The position numbers and the translations under genes were made by a program. This document shows positions 9,764-20,842 of a DNA stretch of 64,000 bases, in pieces (within the stretch, counting starts at the first letter, position 1; every line of letters starts with the position of its first letter). The notes beneath the pieces were generated by a model. The model saw only the letters and a program-made list of their open reading frames with translations, ran no database searches and was not told the DNA's origin. Origin of the DNA: a virus. Its lineage: Duplodnaviria; Caudoviricetes. The stretch spans positions 64,001-128,000 of IMG/VR virus record IMGVR_UViG_3300029288_000079, one strand, 5' to 3'.

Positions 9764-11170
9764 TTAACTCATCAAATTTATTGTAGTTGTACCTGCTATG
9801 CAATACCCATATGCAGGTAATTGTAAATTACCTAAAGAGTTTTTAACTATAGTACCATCAGAACTTTGAAATGTTGTTAAGGGTAATAATATATCATCAA
9901 CTCCAGGAACATTAAGTATAATCCTAGTCAAATCCGCCTGTTGAATTTCACTACCAATAACTAATCCGGATAAATATGTTGAAAGTTCGGATGTTACTAT
10001 AGCTTCTACATCCGAGAAACTAAATCCACTTATAACTTTCATTGAAAACTCTATATTTATAGGTATTTCCTGAGCCCACTTTACTAAAATATTAGCATTT
10101 AAAGTATCCGTATTAGTTTTATTGAATAAATTTTGAATATCCTCTACAAGACCATTATAATTATAAATAACAGATACTACACCATAACTACTATCTGTTG
10201 ATATAATCCAGTTTAACTTATCTTGAGCTGCAACAGAACCTCTATAGGATCCTGTATCTTTAACAAGACTATAATTTGAGGATGAGATTGATCCAGAAGA
10301 ACTGGACAACACAGATACAATTCCACTAGTTAGTATAGGTTGTTTAGAAAATACTACACTTTCAAAATCAGTTCCTAATGGGATTATAACTTCAGTATTA
10401 GATTTAGTAACTATTCCTTTTACATAAACATCTATGGCTCCCAATTGTTCTCTTTCTGTACCTCCATGAGCTACTATCACAACATCCTCAACAGCTTGCT
10501 GAGATGCTACCAATGATTGTATACCATTCTCTGTACTAACATTAACTCCTAACCATCTTGCAGCTATCCTAGAGCATAATTGATCATTTGATTCTGCATC
10601 AACCCCACCTGTTGTAGCACTAGTATTTGTACATCCGTTTATACCATTTATAGAATTTATTAGAGATACTATAGTTCCTGACCCCACATTACCTACGGTA
10701 CCACCTGTAAGAGCCTCTATAGATGCGGATATTTCATATCGACCTGTTACTGCATTAAAATAATTAGATGAAAAATCTGCATACATAACTACTGTTTGAA
10801 TAGTTGAAAATTGTATATTTGAAGAGGTTGTAGATGATAATGTGGCCACCGTAGTATTAACAGGTATAGTAATGTCTGCTGTTGGTACGCTGTTCACATA
10901 AAATACAACATTTCCTCTGGCAGATCTAGCAGATTTCCTTATAAGACCCATGTTATTCGCAATAACATTCAATCCGGAATCTGAAGCTGTTTCTGTAGAC
11001 TGATCCAATTGTGTTAACTCTACTTCATCATATAAAGATTCTATCTCCTTGGCAGGTGCTGATATTACTACATCAGACAAAAAAGTTCCTTCCGATGTAT
11101 TTGCAGTAGGATAAAGACTCAAAATATATGACTTCATTGAATTAACAATATTTATAAAAGACTTAATCAT
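9764..11170 (-). CDS. Baseplate J-like wedge protein
   Basis: GLIRK.A..ARG.V.F, GTVGNVGSGTI, GGVDAESNDQL..RI, VPGVD motifs. Confidence 0.9.
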   Translation of the reverse strand: MIKSFINIVNSMKSYILSLYPTANTSEGTFLSDVVISAPAKEIESLYDEVELTQLDQSTETASDSGLNVIANNMGLIRKSARSARGNVVFYVNSVPTADITIPVNTTVATLSSTTSSNIQFSTIQTVVMYADFSSNYFNAVTGRYEISASIEALTGGTVGNVGSGTIVSLINSINGINGCTNTSATTGGVDAESNDQLCSRIAARWLGVNVSTENGIQSLVASQQAVEDVVIVAHGGTEREQLGAIDVYVKGIVTKSNTEVIIPLGTDFESVVFSKQPILTSGIVSVLSSSSGSISSSNYSLVKDTGSYRGSVAAQDKLNWIISTDSSYGVVSVIYNYNGLVEDIQNLFNKTNTDTLNANILVKWAQEIPINIEFSMKVISGFSFSDVEAIVTSELSTYLSGLVIGSEIQQADLTRIILNVPGVDDILLPLTTFQSSDGTIVKNSLGNLQLPAYGYCIAGTTTINLMS

Positions 11171-11174
11171 TTTA

Positions 11175-11660
11175 TTACCTTGATAATATTGTGTTAATTT
11201 CTGGTTTTTGATTAGAAACTGTTCTTAATGTTAGAACTATGTCCAATTTTCTAGGTTCTATTATGTTTTGCATAACATTTAATGATACAATAGATTTTAT
11301 TTCTTCGTTAGTACTTATCTTTACACCTCTAGATTTTTCTTCTTGTTGCATTGTACTCAAATATGAGATACACCTTACTATTTCTCTATATACAGCTAAG
11401 GTTGTTGTAGTATCTATAACACCTTTCATCAAGGAATAGTCAAATCCATATCCCGTAGACCTCTTATTTTCTGTCAATATTTTTAATACCTGTTGATTAA
11501 GACTACTTTGATTATATATTGCTGAAAGATTTCCCAAACTATCAAATTTACACTCTCCAATATATCCCAACCCCAAACATTTTGGACAGTTATTTAATGT
11601 ATATCCAACAGAAGGATCCCCTGCTATATGATCACATGTAACCCTATTTAATATATCCAT
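11175..11660 (-). CDS. gp25/W-like baseplate wedge (sheath initiator) protein
   Basis: Size and position just upstream of baseplate J; CPKC.G.G then LKILTE...YG pattern. Confidence 0.65.
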   Translation of the reverse strand: MDILNRVTCDHIAGDPSVGYTLNNCPKCLGLGYIGECKFDSLGNLSAIYNQSSLNQQVLKILTENKRSTGYGFDYSLMKGVIDTTTTLAVYREIVRCISYLSTMQQEEKSRGVKISTNEEIKSIVSLNVMQNIIEPRKLDIVLTLRTVSNQKPEINTILSR

Positions 11661-12697
11661 TATCCAACCTTTATTGTATCACTAGCTTTTGTAATTTTAC
11701 CTGTAAGTGTTATGGTACTAATATTATTATGAGTATTAGAATCTACAGTAATTTCACCTGGATTTACTGTCACTGTTACCTCATCGTCTAATCTTGCAGC
11801 ACCTTTAGTACCATTATTCAATATAATTTGTTGAGCATTAAGTAATAATTGTTTCATTAAATGCATTACCACATCTTCAGCTAAATTTGCGTATACTTTA
11901 CCATCTTTTGCTATTTTTATGTTCAATAATTCTGTACCACCCCTTTGTATTATTAAATCTAAGCAAAGTGCGTTAACACTGTCAGCTACAACTACCGAGC
12001 CTACATGATTTAAAGCTTCTCCATCATCATTTACAACAGTTCCTGCAGCTATATCTATAATAGGATCTTCAGTACTACCTATAGCATTATCAGCCTTTTC
12101 AGATATTTGTAATTTATATTCAGTTAAATAATCGCCAGATGAATTTTTTATAAATTGTAAAGACTTAGATCCTAAACTAGTAACCATTCTTTTAATAAGA
12201 CCCATAAAAGAAATTCCAGCCTCAGAAATATTTTTTATATTAATTGTATCTGTAAAAAATGTTCCTGTAGAAGCTTCTAATTGTATCTTATTCTGATCAG
12301 GTGTAAGAGCAACTATATCTCCATTAACTCGCATGTGTAAAGTAGTACCGGCAACTTCAAACAAAGACTCACCTGGCTTTAATTTTGGTAAGGAATGTTG
12401 CTTTATTACACGACTAGCATGACCTCTATTTATATAACGTAAAATTCTGGCTTGCTCCATAGAATCGAATCCAATAATAACTATAGAACCAACCTCGGGT
12501 ATAACCCAATCCTTATTATTGGCCTGTGTTAGAATTACATCCTTTCTTACTCCAGGTCTATCAAACCATCGAACATCACAAATTCCTCTCTCAGCATCTA
12601 CAGTTACAATTTGACCAGTCCTTAAATATTGATTAAGATTCCTCTGTATAATAGGACTTTGCAACTGCCTGGGATATAGTTTTTTACGTCGTATCAT
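11660..12697 (-). CDS. Baseplate spike / gpV-like protein
   Basis: N-terminal OB-fold pattern (GQIVTVD...IPEVGSIVIIGF); C-terminal GAARLDD...GKITKAS. Confidence 0.7.
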   Translation of the reverse strand: MIRRKKLYPRQLQSPIIQRNLNQYLRTGQIVTVDAERGICDVRWFDRPGVRKDVILTQANNKDWVIPEVGSIVIIGFDSMEQARILRYINRGHASRVIKQHSLPKLKPGESLFEVAGTTLHMRVNGDIVALTPDQNKIQLEASTGTFFTDTINIKNISEAGISFMGLIKRMVTSLGSKSLQFIKNSSGDYLTEYKLQISEKADNAIGSTEDPIIDIAAGTVVNDDGEALNHVGSVVVADSVNALCLDLIIQRGGTELLNIKIAKDGKVYANLAEDVVMHLMKQLLLNAQQIILNNGTKGAARLDDEVTVTVNPGEITVDSNTHNNISTITLTGKITKASDTIKVG

Positions 12698-12772
12698 GAT
12701 TTGTTTTTATCCATACCTTACACTTATATATGTGCCAAAAAATCCAAAATTCAATATATTATAACTATAATA

Positions 12773-14449
12773 TTACGATGGTGTCAATTTGTAATAGCTA
12801 ACCCACAGATGAGATCCCTTGTATATTATCTTCGTTGCCTCATATTCTTCTCCCACACCTACTGGTGGTAATGAGTGAGTGTATTCAGCAGTAACTCCTT
12901 CTGGTGTAATACCTAAAACTTTAAAATTATCGGTATTTAGTGTATACTCTATTGAAAATGCCCCAGTATTATCGCTTGCAACAGCCGCATAAGTTAACTC
13001 CACTGCAAAAGTTGGATAAGATTGTATTGCGAGTGTAGATTTATTAATTCTTATAAAATTATTAGATATAGGTACACTATAATTTGACATAGTTGCCCAA
13101 ATATAGTCACCCCCATCACATACACCCAATATGTATAAAGGTCCTGGTAATGTAATTGTATTGATAACACTACCATCTTTAGAAATACGGTACATATCAG
13201 AGAAATCGCACCACATATGTGTACCATCGTAAACAAAATCATAAAGATTGATAGTTCCTGGAAAATCCAAAAACCACGTAAATACCCCTGAAGGACTTAC
13301 TTTATATATTACACCATAATGCTTAGTTGTATCCCCACCTGCAAACCAGCAATCAGTCCCATCGCACCCTAGAGATCCATACTGAAGATTGTAATTCAAA
13401 TTAGCAGGTATATTAGCTGTATATATTGATGGTACACCTGCTAATGTAATTTTACCAAATGCAAGATCAAAATCTATATCGTTATCATACCCAACAAACC
13501 ATATTTCATTATTTCCTATAGCCATTGATAGAATACTATATATCCCAGTAGCCCATGTCGCTACTATGTTACCATTTACATCTACCTTACGTATGCTACC
13601 GCTGTAACTAAAATATCCGTATGTACCATCTGATACTACGCTTCCACCTAAGCTAACTATAAGTGTGTCCCAAGTTTTTTTAGGATCATAAGGTTCTTCA
13701 GTTACATGTGGTATAGCTGAGAATGAAGCTTTATTATCTGTAGAAATTTTACCTAATATTTTAATTTTAGGCCTTCCAATAGACTTAATATCTATTATTT
13801 TTTTTAATTTAGATATTTTAATAGATTTAATATCTACTATTTTTTTTATCAAAAGTTTTTCTAAACCTATATTAGGATTCTGTACATTATGATATTCAAA
13901 AGGTTTTTCAGGTATTAGCCTTACTGGATCTGTAGGCAAATACTCTTCTCTATATGAATCTGAGGATCCTATAGAATCTTTTTCAAAAAACATTATTCCA
14001 GGACAAGTTGTTGAAGATTCATCGTCGTGGTAAATTATATCAGTTATAGTAAGTATATCTTTTTTCAAGAATGCCAGCACCTGTTGCAAGGAGTTAAGTT
14101 GAAAATTTGATGGTCTTACAATATCAAAGTTACCTACTAAAGCTATATGTACATAATGTAGATTGGAGTAATAGGTGTCTCCTGCATCCGACAAATGATG
14201 TCTCGTAAATCTTTTAGCTAATGTATTTATACTAACATTTTCGGAATAATTATTAGAATTGCTTCCAAACATCCATCGAGCAGTAAGATCGATCTTACCA
14301 TCATAATTTATCAGAATATCATAAGGAGCTCCAAATTGTTGATTCTTTATAAATATATTATTGACCTCTTTACCAACTATACCTGATTGAGTATTAGTGT
14401 GATGTAACATGATCTTAGTAATATCAGTATTTAATCTTATAGAGATCAT
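12773..14449 (-). CDS. Amidase_2-like N-acetylmuramoyl-L-alanine amidase fused to a beta-propeller-like domain
   Basis: LHHT...YD.LI..DG...IALVGNFD...YH...TTCPG; C-terminal DGTxxW repeats. Confidence 0.7.
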   Translation of the reverse strand: MISIRLNTDITKIMLHHTNTQSGIVGKEVNNIFIKNQQFGAPYDILINYDGKIDLTARWMFGSNSNNYSENVSINTLAKRFTRHHLSDAGDTYYSNLHYVHIALVGNFDIVRPSNFQLNSLQQVLAFLKKDILTITDIIYHDDESSTTCPGIMFFEKDSIGSSDSYREEYLPTDPVRLIPEKPFEYHNVQNPNIGLEKLLIKKIVDIKSIKISKLKKIIDIKSIGRPKIKILGKISTDNKASFSAIPHVTEEPYDPKKTWDTLIVSLGGSVVSDGTYGYFSYSGSIRKVDVNGNIVATWATGIYSILSMAIGNNEIWFVGYDNDIDFDLAFGKITLAGVPSIYTANIPANLNYNLQYGSLGCDGTDCWFAGGDTTKHYGVIYKVSPSGVFTWFLDFPGTINLYDFVYDGTHMWCDFSDMYRISKDGSVINTITLPGPLYILGVCDGGDYIWATMSNYSVPISNNFIRINKSTLAIQSYPTFAVELTYAAVASDNTGAFSIEYTLNTDNFKVLGITPEGVTAEYTHSLPPVGVGEEYEATKIIYKGSHLWVSYYKLTPS

Positions 14450-14451
14450 TA

Positions 14452-16758
14452 TTATTTCTGCTCAAATTTTGTATGTTTATTACTGCTATCTGAGATATCA
14501 CTTCTATCACTCCCATTGACAGTATTCATACTACTCATAAAATTAGTTTTATCTAAAGTATCTTTTGCAGTGAATGTAGATGATTTGAGTCCAACTTTAG
14601 ACAGTGGATCTGTACTTTTATCACTTTTAGATGAATCATTTAAAGAACTCTTTTTAGATTTTTCTGTATTTTTAGAAGCACTTTTATGGTTTATAGAAGA
14701 TCCCATTAGATCGCTGGCTGAAATATACAAAATCTCAGGAACGGTTTCCCATGGCTTTCTTCCGTAAGACAAATGCAGAGTTGTCTCAAACCTGCTGCCA
14801 AAAGTAAAAGAATGATCCACACTCTCTACATAGTATATCATATTACGTATAGGAACATAGATAGGATATCCTGGAGATATTTCAGGCCTACCAACTATTG
14901 TGAGTTGTCCTGTATTATTTTCTGCTAACATTTTCTTAAATAGATTCTTTGCATACATCTGTAAAACTTGATGATTTTTTGAAAACATATCATTATTTAC
15001 TTTACCACTATTATCTATAAATGTTCCTTTGGTATTAATTAACGGATTACTATATGTAAAAATTCTTTGTCCATATTGAAGTATAATATTTTCATCTCGT
15101 ACTGTTGCAGTATAAGGAACTAATTCATTTATTTCTCCGTCAGAGAATTCCCAATCAGGTTCAGTATTAACAGTAATAGAACTATATATTTTAGAATCAT
15201 CCTCTATAAAGCCATAGCTAACAATATCCTCTGTTCTAACTATATATATTTCCGGATTCTCGGCAGTAATAATATGTGTGTTGTTAAATCTAGGTGGACA
15301 AAACCAAACTTCCCCATTTCTATCGGCATAGAAGGTAAATGCAGAATCTTCAGCAACTTTATAAGCAATATCTCTTTTTACCTGAAAGTCATTCTGAAAA
15401 AGTCTATAGTTACCATCTTTAAAGGCCATTTCATATGATCGAAACCCTTCTATTTTTGAACTATGTATAAAAGGATCAATAATATGAACTTTAGAAGGTG
15501 TAAAAAGATCCCCCAATATACTTTTAAAAGAGGCTAATGAGTAATTTTTATTACTATTCCGCATCTTTTTTAGCCTAGAAGCTTCATCTTTATCATCAAT
15601 TCTTTTAATAATCTTATTACCTTGATTATCTACCGATATTTCAATATCATATTGTGTTTTTTTATTTCCATCTGTATCAGGTGCAATCTCCCAATATCCC
15701 GTACCTTTTATATTTATATTTCTTCCAGCAGATTTAAAATTACCTCCTACTGTAAAATATTTTATAATCTCAGGTGGTGTTAAACTTCTAAGTATGTCTG
15801 TATACAGAGTTATGTCATCTTCAGCAGATCTATCAGGAGCTACATCTTTGTTAGACGACAACGAGGGATTAACATTAACCACAGATAATCGCATCATCTT
15901 AGTTACATCTTCACCCTGTATCTCAATAGTATTATTATTCTCAGAATATCCCTGTTGAACTGTATTAATAAATCCAGTAAAAACTCTCATAAGCTTCCTA
16001 CCATCATTACTATTCGAAGTAGACTCCGACTCTTCATTTTCAAATCTTTTAGATAAAAATATTACAATTCTATCCATTGGAGATATCCGGCATCTACCTC
16101 TTAGAAATAGTTTAGTATCCTCACCCTGTTCCTCTTTGTCTCTATATTTTGTAATAAAATCTTCATTTTTATGTTTAATTACTGTAAACTTTTGCATCTC
16201 CCCAGATGAATTTTTAGTCTTTAAAACTTTGAAAGATATAATATTACCATTACTTACACCTATAAATGGATCTGTAGTACCTGTAGGCATTATCCATATA
16301 ACTCCACCCTCACTATTAAAAGCCCAACGTTCTACTATAGTCTGATTTATATCTCTACGATAATATACAGGATATATGCCATTCTTATCTTTTAAAGAAA
16401 TATGATCAAAACTCAACCAATCATCATAATTTTTAAATTCATAGTAGTTTGCCCCGCTAAAGTTAGCGTTAGCAACACCTTTTAAAACACTTTTTGTTTT
16501 ACCTTCACTGTAACCATATAGATTCTCTATTTCTACTACAGGATCTTCTTGAGCAAGATACTTGTTAGCAGTATCTGAGATAGTTAGACTAAATGTTCCA
16601 GGACTGTTATTTACAGTCAAATTAACTGAAACAGACATTATTTCTGGCTTAGATCCTATATTAGAGAACATCATAGTCTCAGATTCTTTTATCTGATTAT
16701 CTTGAAATCCTGGAACAATTAAAACCATACAGTCAGGATAAAAATGCTTTGTATTCAT
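14452..16758 (-). CDS. Baseplate hub protein (gp27/gpD-like)
   Basis: FTGFI..V, IQGED, FYADRNG, GRPEI.PGYP.Y...YYVESVDHSF..G motifs. Confidence 0.8.
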   Translation of the reverse strand: MNTKHFYPDCMVLIVPGFQDNQIKESETMMFSNIGSKPEIMSVSVNLTVNNSPGTFSLTISDTANKYLAQEDPVVEIENLYGYSEGKTKSVLKGVANANFSGANYYEFKNYDDWLSFDHISLKDKNGIYPVYYRRDINQTIVERWAFNSEGGVIWIMPTGTTDPFIGVSNGNIISFKVLKTKNSSGEMQKFTVIKHKNEDFITKYRDKEEQGEDTKLFLRGRCRISPMDRIVIFLSKRFENEESESTSNSNDGRKLMRVFTGFINTVQQGYSENNNTIEIQGEDVTKMMRLSVVNVNPSLSSNKDVAPDRSAEDDITLYTDILRSLTPPEIIKYFTVGGNFKSAGRNINIKGTGYWEIAPDTDGNKKTQYDIEISVDNQGNKIIKRIDDKDEASRLKKMRNSNKNYSLASFKSILGDLFTPSKVHIIDPFIHSSKIEGFRSYEMAFKDGNYRLFQNDFQVKRDIAYKVAEDSAFTFYADRNGEVWFCPPRFNNTHIITAENPEIYIVRTEDIVSYGFIEDDSKIYSSITVNTEPDWEFSDGEINELVPYTATVRDENIILQYGQRIFTYSNPLINTKGTFIDNSGKVNNDMFSKNHQVLQMYAKNLFKKMLAENNTGQLTIVGRPEISPGYPIYVPIRNMIYYVESVDHSFTFGSRFETTLHLSYGRKPWETVPEILYISASDLMGSSINHKSASKNTEKSKKSSLNDSSKSDKSTDPLSKVGLKSSTFTAKDTLDKTNFMSSMNTVNGSDRSDISDSSNKHTKFEQK

Positions 16759-17528
16759 ATAATTAAATTATTATTTACTGCTAGAGTTGTAGATAATTCT
16801 TCTTGAACCTTAAATGTAAATGAGAAATCTACTATATAAGGTTTTTCAGAACTGGCTATGGGACCAGTAAAATCGGTAAAGTATCCTATGAAATATTTAT
16901 CATAATAGTTCATCCCTAACAAAATTGTATCTTTCTGATTCTTAACTCTATGATCACTGTCATATAAGGCTTTCAATTGATTTAACCTCTGCCAAGCTAT
17001 AGATGTAGTAACATCATCTTCTTTACCTAGAACAGTACCATGTGTAAACTTATGCAAGCCACCTGACTTTCCTTCAACCCTTACTTCTGTTAAGGCATCT
17101 CCCCAATGTTGTATTTCCCACCCACCTCTAGTTCTTATTTCTGTTTGTAACTTCCTATACGTAGGAGTTATATGCTGAGGATCTAGATAGAATTCAAATA
17201 CATTTGGAACTGTCGCATTATCTTCTTCGTTAGTTTTTTCTTCCGTACCTTTTATATAATATTTTTTACTATCCATTTTTATATAAAGACCATATTTATT
17301 TGGACCATGCACAGTTTTGTCCATATACTGAAATGTGGATCCGCTATATTCAGGTATACTACTTGGATATATTCTGACTTTACCCTCTACCCATGATTTA
17401 TCAGAATAGATAATATCATTTTCTGAGATATCCTCAAGATACCATGAAGAAGCTAATTTCTCAAACCCAACTTTTTCATTGTTCCCACTTCTCTTTAATC
17501 TATATATTCTAAAAGGAATTTTACCCAT
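16755..17528 (-). CDS. Tail tube initiator-like protein
   Basis: DPQ.I......RTRGG....WG and Y.GYF..F...YxFSF pattern; lies between tape measure and hub. Confidence 0.65.
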   Translation of the reverse strand: MGKIPFRIYRLKRSGNNEKVGFEKLASSWYLEDISENDIIYSDKSWVEGKVRIYPSSIPEYSGSTFQYMDKTVHGPNKYGLYIKMDSKKYYIKGTEEKTNEEDNATVPNVFEFYLDPQHITPTYRKLQTEIRTRGGWEIQHWGDALTEVRVEGKSGGLHKFTHGTVLGKEDDVTTSIAWQRLNQLKALYDSDHRVKNQKDTILLGMNYYDKYFIGYFTDFTGPIASSEKPYIVDFSFTFKVQEELSTTLAVNNNLII

Positions 17529-18090
17529 TTAATGCTCCCATTATTCCAAAACTAAGGTTAGAATTTTTTTTAGGTGTTAATAATACACCCCAATTTTGAA
17601 AGGATTGTCTAGGTAAAGTATCTATATCATCTCTTTGCATAACTAATTGTAACTGAGTATCATCATCATCGATAAACAATGTTGTACCCAAAGGCTTACA
17701 ATATTCACTTTTATCTATATTCATTTTTAAAACAATTTCATAATTAAAGTATTGATATATATTAAATTTTTTCAATAGCATAATAGAAGGTTGTGCATCA
17801 AAAGGTCTGTTTAATTTTTCCCCTCTACTCACAATACCCATATTAACATCATTCTGATCCAGTGTCTTTAACACATCTAAAACATTCTCTTGAAGCTCGA
17901 TTATATTTCCTCTAATATCCTGTAAAACTCCTATAGATATAAGCTTATAAGGAGATTCTGTTTCATATGCCCCAATACCATCTCCATTAGGAGAATGACA
18001 ATTCCAGATAGTATTATCTAGATCAAAGATAATAGTATCATAAGGTTCAAGAATAGTATTTTCTAATGTATTATTTGAATATTCTGTCAT
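17521..18090 (-). CDS. HAD-superfamily phosphatase (Mdp-1-like)
   Basis: IIFDLDNTIW (DxDxT), VSR, K, FIDD motifs. Confidence 0.85.
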   Translation of the reverse strand: MTEYSNNTLENTILEPYDTIIFDLDNTIWNCHSPNGDGIGAYETESPYKLISIGVLQDIRGNIIELQENVLDVLKTLDQNDVNMGIVSRGEKLNRPFDAQPSIMLLKKFNIYQYFNYEIVLKMNIDKSEYCKPLGTTLFIDDDDTQLQLVMQRDDIDTLPRQSFQNWGVLLTPKKNSNLSFGIMGALNG

Positions 18091-18730
18091 AACCTTTTTG
18101 AGTAAGAACTATATTGTGATCATCATCTACATCTAGATATTTATTTACTAACATAAAGTTATAGGCTCTGACAATCTTCATTCTTACTTCACCCCTATTT
18201 GCTTGCATTTTAGCTACATCATTTCCAAATGTATTTTTTAATGATTTATTTGTAACATAATCTATAAAATCTTTACTATGTTTGAAAACCTTATCATACT
18301 TATAAATAGTTTTAGCTATCATTTCAGGCAAGTCTTCCAACTCAGATAGTTGCTTATACTCTTTATCCTCAGGTGTAGCGTTTTCATCTAAAGTATTTTC
18401 TTCGGGAACTTTTTTTTCTGTATTAGGCTCTGCTATAGACTCATTTTTCATCACATAAAAATATTGTCCCCCACCTAATAAAGATCCTGTAGAAAAAAAG
18501 AACCACCAAGGTCCTACTTCAGTTTGAATAGCAAAACAACCTGCATACTTATTACTAAAATCCACTACTTTATATGGCCTATTAGCTTGTATTCTTAATT
18601 TACCATTCTTGTCACGAAGATCTTCTTTAGTAAAAACGGTATCCCCAACCTTTAACTTACCCCCCTCCACGAAGTCTACAGTTAAATTAATATCTGCCTT
18701 CTTTATAAAGGCTGTTCTCCAATTATTCAT
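18071..18730 (-). CDS. Hypothetical protein with N-terminal WRxxF..KKAD motif
   Basis: Coupled ORF; LKVGD SH3/KOW-like start. Confidence 0.65.
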   Translation of the reverse strand: MNNWRTAFIKKADINLTVDFVEGGKLKVGDTVFTKEDLRDKNGKLRIQANRPYKVVDFSNKYAGCFAIQTEVGPWWFFFSTGSLLGGGQYFYVMKNESIAEPNTEKKVPEENTLDENATPEDKEYKQLSELEDLPEMIAKTIYKYDKVFKHSKDFIDYVTNKSLKNTFGNDVAKMQANRGEVRMKIVRAYNFMLVNKYLDVDDDHNIVLTQKGYDRIFK

Positions 18731-18732
18731 AT

Positions 18733-20841
18733 TTACCTTGTATTATTATAGGTTTGAACAGATGTTGATGAGTTAAATACAAAATCAATCACAGCTCTAT
18801 TATTTTCCACACTCTGTTTTCTTACATTACCATCATCTGTATGTATGTATAAATCTATAGTTGAGCTATTTCCCCCATTTCCAACAACTTCTCCATTGAG
18901 AATTTTCTGTGTAGCAGCTTCTTTTCCTCCAACATCTTTAATAAACTGATTTGCTTTATCAGAAGCCGTATTGATTTGAGATTGCATAAATTTATTATAT
19001 TCCTTAATAGAACCTGCTCCCTGTGAAGCTGCCCTACGTTGCCCAACAGCTTCAGAAGTATTTAACATACTTATCTGTACAAAGTCTTTGGGAGCTACCT
19101 TAGCTAAATTTGTCATCATCTCACCACGTTGTTTAGATTGAATTTCATTGAGTGTTTCAGCCCCTTCTGCAGCCATAAAAGGTATAGATAGATATGGTAA
19201 AAATTTACCAAAAGACTTAGCTTTATTAAAAAGTCCTCCAGTTTTACTAATTTTACCTCCACTATTAAAACCATTCATTGCAAAGGCAAGATCTGCTTCT
19301 TCAGACATAGTTGAGGAAGCAATTGAAGACCCTCCACCCCCTCCGAAAAGACCTGATAAAAATTTTCCACGAGGTGCCCCCTTACCTCGTAATAATTTCC
19401 ACATAGCATAAAATTGAGCTGCATCTGCAGCCATTCCAATACCTGTACCTACAGTTTCAAGTGCAGTGGGAGCTATATCTCTAACTGAATCTGGTAAATT
19501 ATTTTGTAATGTTTGTTTTTTTTGTTCAAACCAATCTTTTAAAGTCCTATTACCCTTTATAACTCCTTTTAAAGATTCTTCATATTCAGTAAATAAAGTA
19601 GGATTTTTTTTAAGAGATTCTTGCCAATCTTTTAGTGATTTATTTACATCCCCTTGTATTTTTCTATAATCCTCTTCTGATACTTTAGACATGGCTAACA
19701 TCTTTTCTCTAGCTTCTTGTCCAGTACCTATGTTCATAAACTTGCCAAAAGTATTTACCAATGCCATACTTCTAGGATCATCCCCCATTCCTGGTAATTT
19801 CCTAGAAACATCAAACATTAACTTTATGATATCTTCAGGTTTTCTAACATCAATTCCTTGAGTACTTACACCCGCCATATGTGCTGCACCTAAAAGTTGT
19901 TCCTTACCTGCAACAGAAGTAGATGTTGAAATGGCCCCACCAATTATACTTCCTGCATTAGTAGCCCCAAATTGAGCTCCTTTCATACCCAAGGCTCCTA
20001 CCATACCCATTGCCTTGGCATAAGCCTGCTCTTCATTAGCAACTCCGGGAGTACCTATTAAGCTACTAGCAATATCATTTATATTGCTAAGACTTTGGCC
20101 CATATTACCTACATTACCAGAAAAACTTAATAAACCTGAATTTTTATGGACAGCATTTGCTAAAGATCTTTGTATAGTAAATTGCTTATTTGTATTACTT
20201 ACACCACCAAATCCACCATGTCTACTTTGAAACCCTAATATAGAAGATGCTAAATCAGTACCTCCACCAACTTGATACATACCTGCAAGAGTGGCCAATG
20301 ACTCCATATTTTTAGTATCCATATTATTTCCAGTCATCTGACCAAATAACTGCTTATAAGCCTGCATAGTCTGTTCTGCAGTAGCTACATTAGTATTACC
20401 TATAACATTTCCTCTGAATACACCCATATATTTTGCACTACCTAAAGCAGTTGTAGCACCCCCAGGTAAATTGCTCAAGTTGCTAAAATGCCCCATCTGT
20501 AAAGCAGTTTCTCTCAGCTGATTATTCAAGTTAGCAACAGATTGAGTAATACCACCAATAAATATACCTACACGAGCAAATTGTGTCGAGGTATTAACTA
20601 CCTTCTCCATATTAGATATTTGTTCTTTAGTTAGATCATTAGCCTCTCGAATAGCTTTTATATAATGATTTCTTATCTGATTAGATAAACCTATAAACAC
20701 TGTACCAGACATTATAGGATTTCTAGATATGCTACTTAAACTATTTCCAAATTCTTGAAGAATTGTAGTGGCACCAAGTAACTTAGTAGAGGCATCTCCA
20801 ACAGTCTGTTCAGCCTGCAATATATTTTTGTCTTCAGCCAT
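18733..20841 (-). CDS. Tape measure protein
   Basis: Ala/Gly-rich helical protein downstream of tube and chaperones. Confidence 0.75.
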   Translation of the reverse strand: MAEDKNILQAEQTVGDASTKLLGATTILQEFGNSLSSISRNPIMSGTVFIGLSNQIRNHYIKAIREANDLTKEQISNMEKVVNTSTQFARVGIFIGGITQSVANLNNQLRETALQMGHFSNLSNLPGGATTALGSAKYMGVFRGNVIGNTNVATAEQTMQAYKQLFGQMTGNNMDTKNMESLATLAGMYQVGGGTDLASSILGFQSRHGGFGGVSNTNKQFTIQRSLANAVHKNSGLLSFSGNVGNMGQSLSNINDIASSLIGTPGVANEEQAYAKAMGMVGALGMKGAQFGATNAGSIIGGAISTSTSVAGKEQLLGAAHMAGVSTQGIDVRKPEDIIKLMFDVSRKLPGMGDDPRSMALVNTFGKFMNIGTGQEAREKMLAMSKVSEEDYRKIQGDVNKSLKDWQESLKKNPTLFTEYEESLKGVIKGNRTLKDWFEQKKQTLQNNLPDSVRDIAPTALETVGTGIGMAADAAQFYAMWKLLRGKGAPRGKFLSGLFGGGGGSSIASSTMSEEADLAFAMNGFNSGGKISKTGGLFNKAKSFGKFLPYLSIPFMAAEGAETLNEIQSKQRGEMMTNLAKVAPKDFVQISMLNTSEAVGQRRAASQGAGSIKEYNKFMQSQINTASDKANQFIKDVGGKEAATQKILNGEVVGNGGNSSTIDLYIHTDDGNVRKQSVENNRAVIDFVFNSSTSVQTYNNTR

Positions 20842-20842
20842 A

